Below are positions 1 to 12,600 of a stretch of 64,000 bases of DNA, in pieces. A program made the translations under genes and the position numbers. A model generated the notes under the pieces. It searched no databases and was not told the origin of the DNA. It worked only from the letters and a program-made list of their open reading frames with translations. Position 1 is the stretch's first letter. Each line of letters opens with the position of its first letter. Origin of the DNA: Flaccisagitta enflata (taxonomy: Eukaryota); the NCBI GenBank assembly GCA_965153355.1, contig OZ231126.1, positions 11,656,001 through 11,720,000 of the forward strand, read 5' to 3'.

Positions 1-74
1 TCACAGTCGATTTATGTCAGCGATTAGTGATGCGTGAACGGATTCTGTAAACGATCAGTGGAAATTTAGAAGAT

Positions 75-230
75 AACAAGGCCGGATACACGGCAATCCA
101 GTCGCGGATGGTTGGGCAGGAGCAGTAGCGCAAAATCCACTCGGAATTCAAAAATGTTACGTTACCGACGAACCGACCGACCGACACGGCAAGGTGTAGA
201 CTGTAGAGTCGCGTGTCCGCGACTAAAAAA
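75..230 (-). mobile_element. Short non-autonomous Helentron/DINE-1-like (HINE) element
   Basis: Minus strand reads T-run, agtcgcggacacgcgact hairpin, (GTCG)n, 3' subTIR tccgcgact, gccg-tgtatc-cggc stem-loop, cttgtt. Family assignment is inferred from architecture. Confidence 0.7.
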
Positions 231-278
231 GTTGTGAGTGTGAGTGTGCAACCAAACGTATCACGCCGTGTGCATGGC

Positions 279-501
<223 letters not shown>

Positions 502-1146
502 TTTCACTCACCCTCTGCACTGAAGCGGACCTGCAGCGCGTCACGCAACCGAGAATACAGGACATAACATTTTAAGAAGATTGTTTTTTGTTATCTTTTT
601 TCGCGTCAAACCTACATTGGACACCGAAAAGCGGTAAGCTACACTTCTAATCGTGATTTGAATGCCGCGAGAGGATTAAATCTGGTTTTAAAAATCCCAT
701 CGAGCATACATAACCATCACATCTCTCTATCAAAGCCCCATCAATACAAGAACAAAACCCACAACAGGCCTCAATACAAGAACGAAACCCACAACAGGCC
801 TGACTTGACAGCCGTTGCAGATACAAAAACCAATCACAAACCAATATTGCTAAGGCGGGACCGACGGTTCGTCGGGCTTAGTAACCGACACAGCAACATA
901 GAAAGTTGCGGGTTAGTGAACAATAAAATACTCAATAGTCATAACCAAAGTGAACCGTACATGTAGGTAATGAATCTTGCTTCTTTTTTGTTTTGTTACG
1001 GTTTGCTTCTTGAATTTATCTCCTTGATTATAAAAAGAAAAAAAATTGCGTCAATTACTCTCACACTTAGTTTATTCCTTGTTTTTACCACGGATGTAAA
1101 ACGTTTATATGAGAACTTCCATCGTATCGTATATGAGAATCGTTTA

Positions 1147-1347
1147 TTTTTAGTCGCGTGCTACGCGACTCTATACCCCGCTTTGTCCGTCCGTCGGTCG
1201 GTCGATCGGTTGGTCGGTCCCCATTTTACTTTTTTTATGTTTTTGCGGTCTTTGGCCTCACTGCTCCTTGCCAAATGCTTTAGTAACTCAAATACTGCCC
1301 CTGCCCACCCGCACGCGACTGAGGTAGCCGTGTATCCGGCCTTGTTT
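1147..1347 (+). mobile_element. HINE-like element, complete copy (also at 31381-31582 minus and ~53264-53464)
   Basis: ttttt-agtcgcgtgc-tacgcgact (5' subTIR plus hairpin partner), GTCC/GTCG microsatellite, gcccctgcccacc, 3' subTIR gcacgcgact (10-bp perfect inverse of the 5' one), gccgtgtatccggc stem-loop, cttgttt. Confidence 0.75.
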
Positions 1348-1521
1348 ATTCACAAACGGATACGACCGAGACCGAGACCGATGCTTCCGTTGCTCTCCTA
1401 AAAGTTGGCCCCAGGGGACTTGTGAAATTGAATGAAACAACCGGGGATGATAAATGGAAGCGGAGGGACGGGGGTGGGGGTGGGGGCAGGGGGGGACGGC
1501 AGAAGAGGCCCGGCACAGTGA

Positions 1522-1743
1522 ATACATACATACATACATATAGATATACATACATACATACATACATACATACATACATACATACATACATACATACATA
1601 CATACATACATACATACATACATACATACATACATACATACATACATACATACATACATACATACATACATACATACATGCATACATACATACATACATA
1701 CATACATACATACATACATACATACATACATACATACATACAT
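1522..1743. repeat. (TACA)n microsatellite
   Basis: Direct inspection; counterparts at ~30980-31203 and ~53640-53850. Confidence 0.98.
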
Positions 1744-1939
1744 AAATCTAAAAAAATGTTACCGACCGTCTAACAGAACGCGCCCACTTAGAAATTTTTA
1801 TCAATGAAAATAGTGAAAACTCCTAAGTCGAAATCCATTTCATTCAGCCCGCCCGTGTGAAAAATTGTAAATGGACGTTTTGAGGTGCTACTGCCAGAAT
1901 GATCGTCTGCTCAACACTGTCAGTCTGTCTTTTAAAAAG

Positions 1940-2522
1940 GAATGAATGTATAGTAAAATATGCATGTACAAATGAATAAATGAATGGACGAATGAATGTA
2001 TGAATGCATGAATGAATGAATGAATGAATGAATGAATGAATGAATGAATGAATGAATGAAAGAAGGAATGAATGGATGGAAACCGTGATTGATGAATGAA
2101 TGAATTTATTTATCAATGATTGAATAAATAAGTGAATGAATGAATGAAAGAAGGAAAGAATGGATGGAATTCGCGGGCAGATGAATGAATGAATGAATGA
2201 ATTAATTTGTCAAGGAATGAATAAATAAATGAATGAATGAATGAATGAATGAATGAAAGAAGGAAAGAATGGATGGAATTCGCGGGCAGATTAATGAATG
2301 AATGATTTATTTATTAATGAATGAATAAATGAATGAATGAATGAATGAATGAATGAATGAATGAATGAATGAATGAATGAATGAATGAATGAATGATCGA
2401 ATGAATGAGTGAATGAATGAATGTACGAAAGAAGGAAAGAATGGATGGAATTCGCGGGCAGATGAATGAATGAATGTATGAATGAATTAGTTAATGAATT
2501 AATGAATGAATAAATGAATGAA
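1940..2522. repeat. Compound (TGAA)n microsatellite with a recurring aagaaggaaagaatggatggaattcgcgggcaga block
   Basis: Direct inspection; the block recurs near 2148, 2257 and 2429. Confidence 0.9.
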
Positions 2523-2570
2523 AGAGTGAATGTCTTCGTCACCATTGTCGCGCACTTGTGTTTTGATGAC

Positions 2571-5500
2571 CCCCTGCCCACATGGCCACACGCACTCAAC
2601 TGCCGAGTATCCGGCCTTGTTCCCTTCCTCTATCCTTTCTTCAACGTAGCTGGTAGCTCCCCTGCCCATGATGGCCACACGTGACGTTGAAGACCACCTG
2701 ACCCTCTCCTTTCTTCTCAATGAAGCTGAAGCCCTCACATACACACGCGACTGCCGAGCATCCGCTCCTGTTCCCATCCCTTCCTTTCTTATCAAAGAAG
2801 CCTCCTGCCCACATGGCCACAGCACACATCGACTGCCGAGTTTCCGTCCTTGTTCCCTTCCTCTTCCTTTTCTCTTCTCAATGAGGTTGGAGCCCCCTGC
2901 CCACATGGCCACACGCACGCGACTGCCGAGTATCCGGCCTTGTTCCCTTCCTCTTATCTTTCTCTTCTCATTGAAGTTGAAGCCCCCTGCCCACATGGCC
3001 AAACGCACGCGACTGCCGAGAATCCGTCCTTGTTCCCTTCCCTTCTTTTTCTTTCTCAATGAAGTTGAGGCCCCTGCCATTATGTACACATCGCCACGCG
3101 ATTGAGCATCCATCAATTCTCTTCTGTTTCCTCTTCTCAATGAACTTCTGAGGCCCCCCTGCCCACATGCACACACGACGCACTGTTGAGCAATCCAGCC
3201 TTGTTTCTTTCGCTTCCTCTCTCTTCTCAATGAAGTTGAGGTCCCCTGCCCACATGGCCACACACACGCGACTGAAGGAGTTTCGTCCTTGTTTTTCTTC
3301 TTCTCTTCTCAATGAAGTTGAGGCCCCTGCCCACATGGCCACATCGCACGCGACTGCCGAGTATCCGGCCTTGTTTTGCTTCCTCTCTTCTCACGCAATC
3401 CTGTTCCCTTCCTCTTCCTCTCTTCTCAACGAAGTTGAGGCCCTGCCCACACACACGCACAGCGACTGCCGAGTATCCGGCCTTGTTCCCTTCCTCTTCC
3501 TTTTCTCTTCTCAATGAAGTTGAGGCCCCCTGCCCACATGGCCACACGCACGCGACTGCCGAGTATCCGGCCTTGTTCCCTTCCTCTTCGTTTCTCTTCT
3601 CAATGAAGTTGAGGCCCCCTGCCCACATGGCCACACACATGCGACTGCCGAGTTTCTGTCCTTGTTTCTTTCTCTTCCTCTCTCTTCTCAATGAAGTTGA
3701 GGCCCCCTGCCCACATGGCCACACGCACGCGAATGCCGAGTATCCGGCCTTGTTTCTTTTGCTTCCTCTCTCTTCTCAATGAAGTTGAGGCCCCCTGCCC
3801 ACATGGCCACACGCACGCGACTGCCGAGTATCCGGCCTTGTTCCCTTCCTCTTCCTTTCTCTTCTCAATGAAGTTGAGGCCCCCTGCCCACATGGCCACA
3901 CGCACGCGACTGCCGAGTATCCGGCCTTGTTTCCTTCCTCTTCCTTTCTCTTCTCGAAGTTGAGGCCTCGCCCATGCACACACGACGCGACTGCCCAGTT
4001 TCCGCCTGTTCCCTTCCTCTTCTTCTCACGAAGATAAAGCCCCCGCTACATGGCCACACGCACGCGATCGCCAGAGTATCCAGCCCACCCTTCATCTTCT
4101 TTCTTCTCAATGAAGTTGAGGCCTTTACCACATGGCCACACGACGCGATCTGTTTAGTATCCAGCCTTGTTCCCTTCTCTTCCTTTCTCTTTCAATGGTT
4201 GAGGCCTTCTGGCCCAATTCTGGGCCATACGCACGCGACTGCCGAGTATCCGGCCTTGTTCCCTTCCTCTTCCTTTCTCTTCTCAATGAAGTTGAGGCCC
4301 CCTGCCCACATGGCCACACGCACGCGACTGCCGAGTATCCGGCCTTGTTCCCTTCCTCTTCCTTTCTCTTCTCAATGAAGTTGAGGCCCCCTGCCCACAT
4401 GGCCACACGCACGCGACTGCCGAGTATCCGGCCTTGTTCCCTTCCTCTTCCTTTCTCTTCTCAATGAAGTTGAGGCCCCCTGCCCACATCGACACGCACG
4501 CGACTGCCGATTTTCCGTCCTTGTTCCCTTCCTCTTCCTTTCTCTTCTCAATGAAGTTGAAGCCCCCTGCCCACATGGCCACACGCACGCGACTGCCGAG
4601 TATCCGTCCTTGTTCCCTTCCTCTTCCTTTCTCTTCTCAATGAAGTTGAAGCCCCCTGCCCACATGGCCACACGCACGCGACTGCCGAGTATCCGGCCTT
4701 GTTCCCTTCCTCTTCCTCTTCCTTTCTCTTCTCAATGAAGTTGAGCCCCCTGCCCACATGGCCAAACGCACGCGGGACTGCCGAGAATCCGGCTTGTTCT
4801 TCCTTCTTTCACGAAGTTGAAGCCCCCGCCCACATACGCTTTCTTCACGCATGACTGCCGAGTTTCCGCCCTGTTCCTTCTCTTCCTTTCAATGAAGTTA
4901 GCTTCCCTGCCCATGGCCACACGCACGCGACTGCCGAGTTTCCGTCCTTGTTCCTTTCCTCTCCTTTCTTCTCACGAAGTTGAAGCCCCTCGTCCACATG
5001 TATTCACACGCACGCGACTGCCGATTTTCCGTCCTTGTTCCCTTCCTCTTCCTTTCTCTTCTCAATGAAGTTGAAGCCCCCTGCCCACATGGCCACACGC
5101 ACGCGACTGCCGAGTATCCGTCCTTGTTCCCTTCCTCTTCCTTTCTCTTCTCAATGAAGTTGAAGCCCCCTGCCCACATGGCCACACGCACGCGACTGCC
5201 GAGTTTCCGTCCTTGTTCCCTTCCTCTTCCTTTCTCTTCTCAATGAAGTTGAAGCCCCCTGCCCACATGGCCACACGCACGCGACTGCCGAGTATCCGGC
5301 CTTGTTCCCTTCCTCTTCCTTTCTCTTCTCAATGAAGTTGAAGCCCCCTGCCCACATGGCCACACGCACGCGACTGCCGAGTATCCGTCCTTGTTCCCTT
5401 CCTCTTCCTTTCTCTTCTCAATGAAGTTGAGGCCCCCTGCCCACATGGCCACACGCACGCGACTGCCGAGTATCCGGCCTTGTTCCCTTCCTCTTCCTTT

Positions 5501-7800
5501 CTCTTCTCAATGAAGTTGAAGCCCCCTGCCCACATGGCCACACGCACGCGACTGCCGAGTTTCCGTCCTTGTTCCCTTCCTCTTCCTTTCTCTTCTCAAT
5601 GAAGTTGAAGCCCCCTGCCCACATGGCCACACGCACGCGACTGCCGAGTTTCCGTCCTTGTTCCCTTCCTCTTCCTTTCTCTTCTCAATGAAGTTGAAGC
5701 CCCCTGCCCACATGGCCACACGCACGCGACTGCCGAGTTTCCGTCCTTGTTCCCTTCCTCTTCCTTTCTCTTCTCAATGAAGTTGAAGCCCCCTGCCCAC
5801 ATGGCCAAACGCACGCGACTGCCGAGAATCCGTCCTTGTTCCCTTCCTCTTCCTTTCTTCTCAATGAAGTTGAAGCCCCTCGGTCCACATGGCCATCGCA
5901 CGCGACCGCCGAGTTTCCGTCCTGTTCCTCCCTCTTCCTTTCTTCTCAATGAAGCTAGCTCTCTGCCCACATGGCCACACGCACGCGACTGCCGAGTTTC
6001 CGTCCTTGTTCCCTTCCTCTTCCTTTCTCTTCTCAATGAAGTTGAAGCCCCCTGCCCACATGGCCACACGCACGCGACTGCCGAGAATCCGTCCTTGTTC
6101 CCTTCCTCTTCCTTTCTCTTCTCAATGAAGTTGAAGCCCCCTGCCCACATGGCCACACGCACGCGACTGCCGAGTTTCCGTCCTTGTTCCCTTCCTCTTC
6201 CTTTCTCTTCTCAATGAAGTTGAAGCCCCCTGCCCACATGGCCACACGCACGCGACTGCCGAGTTTCCGTCCTTGTTCCCTTCCTCTTCCTTTCTCTTCT
6301 CAATGAAGTTGAAGCCCCCTGCCCACATGGCCACACGCACGCGACTGCCGATTTTCCGTCCTTGTTCCCTTCCTCTTCCTTTCTCTTCTCAATGAAGTTG
6401 AAGCCCCCTGCCCACATGGCCACACGCACGCGACTGCCGATTTTCCGTCCCACCCCTTCCTCCTTTCTTCAACAGGTTGATTCCGTACATCGCTCCCGTG
6501 CAGTTCCGATTTTCCGTCCTTGTTCCCTTCCTCTTCCTTTCTCTTCTCAATGAAGTTGAAGCCCCCTGCCCACATGGCCACACGCACGCGACTGCCGATT
6601 ATCCGTCCTTGTTCCCTTCCTCTTATCCTTCTCTTCTCAATGAAGTTGAAGCCCCTGCCCACATGGCCACACGCACTCAACCGCTCGATTTTCCGTCCTT
6701 TGTTCCTCTCTTCCTCTTTCTTCTCAATTTAGCTAGTTTCTCTGCCTCCACATGGCTACACGCACGCGACTGCCAAGCTTCCGTCCTGTTCCCTTCCTTC
6801 CTTTCTTCTCAATGAAAGTTGAAGCCCCCTGCCCACATGGCCACACGCACGCGACTGCCGATTTTCCGTCCTTGTTCACTTCCTCTTCCTTTCTCTATTC
6901 AACGAAGTTGAAGCCCCCTGCCCACATGAACACACACACGCTACAGCCGAGTATCCGTCCTTGATCTCTCCCTCTTCCTTTCTCTTCTCAATGAAGTTGA
7001 GGCCCCCTGCCCACATGGCCACACGCACGCGACTGCCGAGTATCCGGCCTTGTTCCCTTCCTCTTCCTTTCTCTTCTCAATGAAGTTGAGGCCCCCTGCC
7101 CACATGGCCACACGCACGCGACTGCCGAGTATCCGGCCTTGTTTCTTTCTCTTCATCTTCCTTTTTCTCTCAATGGAGTTGAGGCGGAATTGGGTAAATG
7201 ATACTTTTTCTCTTCGCGACCGAGTATCCGGCCCGTTTCTTCTTCATCTTCTTTTCTTCTCTTTCTCAATGAAGCTGAGGCCCCTGCCCCTCATGGTTAC
7301 GCACGCGACTGCCGAGTCCTTGTTCCCTTCCTCTTCCTTTCTTCAACGAAGTTGAGGTCTCTACCCACAAGGCCACATCGACGCGACTGCCGAGTATCCG
7401 GCCTTATTTTTCTTCTTCCTCCTTCCTTTCTTCTCAATGAAGTTATGCCCCGCCCATGGCCACACGCACATCGCCGATCCAGCATTGTTCTCCTCTTCCT
7501 TTCTCTTCAATGAAGTTGAGGCCCCCTGCCCACATGGCCACACGCACGCGACTGCCGAGTATCCGGCCTTGTTTCCTTCCTCTTCCTCTTCCTTTATCTT
7601 CTCAATGAAGTTGAGGCCCCCTGCCCAAATGGCCACACGCACGCGACTGCCGAGTATCCGGCCTTGTTTCTTTCTCTTCATCTTCCTTTCTCTTCTCAAT
7701 GAAGTTAAGGCCCCCTGCCCATATGGCCACACACACGCGACTGCCGAGTATCCGTCCTTGTTTCTTTCTCTTCATCTTCCTTTTTCTCTCAATGGAGTTG
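2571..7800 (+). repeat. Tandem array of an 89-bp unit (~58-59 copies) derived from the HINE 3' end plus pyrimidine-rich flank
   Basis: Unit: ccccctgcccacatggccacacgcacgcgactgccgagtatccggccttgttcccttcctcttcctttctcttctcaatgaagttgagg. ORF starts step by exactly 89 (5062, 5151, 5240, 5329, 5418, 5507). Copy number is span divided by 89. Confidence 0.95.
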
Positions 7801-7875
7801 AGGCGGAATTGGGTAAATGATACTTTTTCTCTTCCTTAAAAGCCGCCACAAACAAATCTTCCCACAGATCGAGAT

Positions 7876-9571
7876 TTTCTTTCTTTTTCTTTCTTCTTCT
7901 TTCTTCTTCTTTTCTTTTCTTTCTTTTCTTTTCTTTTCTTTTCTTTTCTTTTCTTCTTCTCTTCTTCTTCTTTTCTTCTTCTTCTCTTCTTCTTCTTCTT
8001 CTTCTCTTCTTCTCTTCTCTTCTCTTCTCTCTTCTTTCTTCTTCTTCTTCTTTCATCTTCTTCTTCTTCTTCTTCTTCTCTCTTTCTTCTTCCCTTCCTC
8101 TTCTCGTCTTCTTCTTCTTCTTTCTTCTTCTTCTTCTTTCTTCTTCTTCTTTCTTCTTCTTCTTCTCCTTTTCTTCTTCCTTTTCCTTTTCTTTTTCCTT
8201 TTTCTTTTCTTTTTCTTTTCTTTTTCTTTTTATTTTCTTTTCTTTTCTTTTCTTTTCTTTCCTTTCCTTTTCCTTTCTTCCTTTCTCTTTCCTTTTCCTT
8301 TTCCTTTCCTTTTCTCTTTTTCTTTTCCTCTTTCTTTCTTTTCTTCTTTCCTTTCCTTTTCCTTTTCCTTTTCCTTTTCCTTCTTTTCTTCCTTCCTTTT
8401 CCTTTTCTTTCTTCTTTTCTTTTCCTTTCCTTCCTTTCCTTTTCCTCTTTTCTTTTCCTTCCTTCTTCTTTTCATCTCTTCCTTTTCCTTTTCCTTCTTC
8501 TTCTTCTTATTCTTTTTTACCGATAACCGTAGAATTAGCCCAACCCCCGCCTGCCACATCAAGGTCTGGCCACCTTCCAGGTCTCCAGCTCAAAATCAGC
8601 CCAGCTTCAATCAGCTTGTTCAAATCTGACCTGGCTGACCCAGATCTGCTCCAATGTTACAATCATTTCTTCCAGGGAGCCACTTAGCCACCAACTGGCC
8701 TGCACAATATGTTTCTTACTCTGAATCATCATTTATGCCAGAAAAATGCCTCCTCAGGACGTATGGAAATTCCCCTCAGGCCTTATGCATATATATATAT
8801 ATAATATGTAGTGCATGTGATACTGGCCTTTGGGGTTACAGCCCACCCAGACTCATTGATTCCCAAAGAGAATTGCTGACATGTGATCCTTACTGATCAG
8901 TCTTTTTTTTCTTCTTCTTATTTTTTAAATGTAAGATTTCATTCATCTAGGCTTATCTCGCTTTTCAACTTTATTTAACAATATGGTGTTAATCGGACGA
9001 TCATTGATGTCTTAGTTTCTACCGAATATCGTCGCTTTTCATATTATTTAAACATCTAAACACATCTTCACAGAACTATATGTTTGTAACATAGACTTAT
9101 GAAATATATGAATATTGTTGTCTTGTTCTTCCTTCCCATTGAAAATTAATTGCTCTTTCCATTGTTAGAAAAAAAGATTCAAAAGATAAACTTTTTATGA
9201 AATCAGTGATATATTATACTCTCCTTGAAATGTCTGCTTAATATTTTTACACATATGGAACTCTATTTTCTTTTTTGCGTATGCGAGTTAATACCTGCGT
9301 TGACCATTTCTGTGCCTTATTTCATCGCACATCTATCAACTCGAGAATGTCATTGATCACTCTGTTATCTTCTTGTTGTAATATACACACGCTCATCATA
9401 GGTTGATTCTACCAGCATGATAGACTTGACTACACTCTATTAGGTCAAAAATGACAAAATTATTAGTGTAGAATAACTGACAGACATATAATTCTACCTT
9501 TTAAAATAACTAGCGAATGATGGTCATGATGAACCAACAGACTGAGTTATCAGCAACATCACACACACAGG

Positions 9572-9653
<82 letters not shown>

Positions 9654-12600
9654 GAAGAGATTAGACTGATTCTGACGGAGACAGACAGATAGATAAAAGA
9701 TGGAAAGACAGACAGACAAACAGACAGTCGTACCGGGATACATCACACAAGCAGACAGATGATAAAGACAGATGAGCGCGTTAAGTTTCAAGAAGCGAAG
9801 GCACGGCAAGTAAAAGTTCCATTCCCGAAAAATGTGGTTTTGAATTTGTTGGCGTAAAGTTTTAATCATTGCCAGACGATGACACTCCAGAGTTCAAAAG
9901 TCAAATTGCTCAAGTAAACACTTCACCTCTTCCTCTTCATTTTCACCGTATCCTCTTCTTCATATTATTCTTCTTCCTCCTCTTCCTCTTCATCTCCCCC
10001 CTTCCTCCTCTTCATCCTCTCTCTCTCTTTCTCATCGTCTTCCTCCTTTTCCTCCTCCAGTTCTTCCTCCTCCATACGCTCATGCTCTTTTCTCTCATCA
10101 GCTCCTGCCCCCCCTCTTATTGTTCCCTCTACCACGTTGCTTGTTCAAAATTCAAATCCTTGTCAGTTCGTCTTCAAAGATTTCCATATTGGCACCTTTC
10201 TGTGAGTTTGTTTTGATAAATGTTGTTTGGTCATGCAACGATGTCAAGCGGAAATATGAATTGAATGACAAGGTAATATGAATGTAAATATGAATAAATA
10301 AAAATGTAAAATAGATATGAATATAGATATGAATATAAACATAGATATAAATATAAATATACATACAAATATAAATGTAAATATAAATATGAATATAAAA
10401 AAAAAAATATAAATATGAATATAAATATAAATATAAATATGAATATAAATATAAATATAAATATAAATATAAATATAAATACAAATATAAATATAAATAC
10501 ATAATGTCAATTCTTTGATTCACCCCCATATCCATCAACTTTCTTGACAGCAAACACTTCACTTGTCTTCTTATAGCAACTAGGTCCATAGACCAATATA
10601 ATTTCCTCTTCTTCTTCTGTCTACAGGCCCATATCTCAGCCTCGAGGCCCATAGCCTGCCTTGAGGCTAAAATCCCAGTGTTGAGCCCCAAACCTCTTGA
10701 TGCAAATCCCAACTTTTAGGCCAAAATCCCATCTTTGAGGCCAAAATCCCAGCATCAAGAGGTTTGGGGCTCAACACTGGGATTTTAGCCTCAAGGCTGG
10801 GTATGGGCCTCGAGGCTGACATATGGGCCTGGAGGTTAGGGGAATGGGGTGCGGAGCAGAAGAAGAAGGAGGAGGAGAAGGAGGAGAAAATTTCCCATAT
10901 GTCTGGTTATTGGTCATTGACCCTTCAGATATTCAGCCTTTTCAACGACAAGAACAACCTATAGTAGGCAGCTGGTGCACAAGGACATCCAATTTTTAGA
11001 CAGTTTAGTCCTTCTTACCCTCCTGTCCATTCCCATCATCAATCCATCTTGCCCCCACTCAGTAATTTTCGCAATGATACACATATTCATTGTTGCATAT
11101 GGGAAAGGAAATTAGCTTACAGTAGATGTCCCAGACTTGAAACAGCTGGGAATCATTGTGAAGACACAGCATTCAGGCTCATATTTATTATAGGTTTTAT
11201 GCCATAACCAGGCAATATACCAATAAATTTATATTTTTCCATAAATTCTTATGAAAATAAAATTTTTTATGATTTTAAAAGAAATTCATAAAGATTGCAT
11301 TTTTGCCATAAATTTATGGGTAAGATGTCTATACTTATGATCATTTTTGGCCATAAATTAATGCCAAAATATGCATAATTTATGGCAAATATAAGATTTT
11401 TATGATCTCCAGTTATAAATCATGAAAACACGTTTTTCGTTATATTATGGCACAAATTGCCCATAAATTTATGATTTTTAGGCCATAATAATGCCAAAAT
11501 ACATAAATTTATGGCAAAATACAGGGGTTTTTATGATTCCAAAGAAAATCATAAAAATCCAGTGTTTTTTTATTATAATGAGTGGACATAAATTGCCCAT
11601 AACATGACATTTTAATATAATTATCACAAAATATGCACAAATTTTATGGTAAACATAAGATTTTATGATTCCAAAGAAAATCAGAAAAAAACTATGTTTT
11701 TTGTTATATGATTTATGGAACATACTGTCTATACCCTATGACATTTTAGGCCATAGCTGCTGTAATATGCATAAATTTATGGCAAAATATGTGTTCTTTA
11801 TGGTTCTAAAGAAATTAAAAACAGCGTGTTTTTGCCATAAATTTATGGATATGTTCGCTCCGTTCTATGATCACTTTTGGTCACGCCAAAATATGCATAA
11901 ACCCATGGCAGAAAACACAAGATTATATTCCAAAGAAAATCATAAAACGGCGTTTTCGCCATAAGCATGATCACAAAATTGCCCATAAATCATGAATATT
12001 TTAGCCATAACCACGCCAAAAATATGCATAAATTTATATAAACCACATTCCAGAAGAAAATCATAAAACAGCGTTTTGCTATAATTGAGGACATAAATTG
12101 CCCATAAATTTATGATCATTTTTTGTCATAATTAATGGTTAAATAAATTTATGCGAAAAAACATGTACATCTAAAACTTACAAAAATGCTTTTTTGCCAT
12201 ATTATGTGGCAGAATTGTCTATAAACTATGACCATTTTGTCATAACAGAACATGCATAAATTTATGGCAAAATACATAAAATTTTATCAAAAAACCACAT
12301 ATGTTTTTTTCGCCATACCTATATATATTATTATGATTATTTTTTACAATTAATGCATAAATTAGGCATAATTTAGTAAAACTTGATATTTTTCGGTTGA
12401 AAAAATGCTTTTTTTTTTATCGAATACGGCACGCTTAAATTCTATGATCATTTTTTCATACCAATGCACAAATAGGCATTAAATTTAAACACACATAGTC
12501 AGCGCGTTACGACGATATTCGCTGTGTCGTCTCGTTCGTTTCTGTTGGTCGGTCCTCTTTTATTAGCGCTTTTTTGAGGTTATCTTCACGTTTTCAGCAC

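Noticed and set aside
658-966. 102-aa ORF with a QYKN.THNRP repeat, present in three places
   Set aside because: The repeat is a 30-bp tandem duplication, the start is non-ATG, and recurrence only reflects the segmental copies.
1147-1347. tRNA-derived SINE interpretation of the dispersed element
   Set aside because: No clear A/B boxes, poly-A tail or target-site duplication; co-varying subTIRs and T-run insertion fit a Helentron-type element better.
2571-7800. CRISPR-like regularly spaced array
   Set aside because: The whole 89-bp unit repeats with no unique spacers, no cas genes are present, and the context is eukaryotic.
2499-7820. Many overlapping ORFs (MRVAMWAGG..., PHGHTHATAEYP...)
   Set aside because: Translations of the 89-bp repeat; the period is not a multiple of three and all frames cycle through the same peptides.
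7772-8629. Long F/S/L-rich and K/E/R-rich ORFs (also 22363-23773 and 58550-59364)
   Set aside because: Read-through of purine/pyrimidine microsatellites that lack stop codons.
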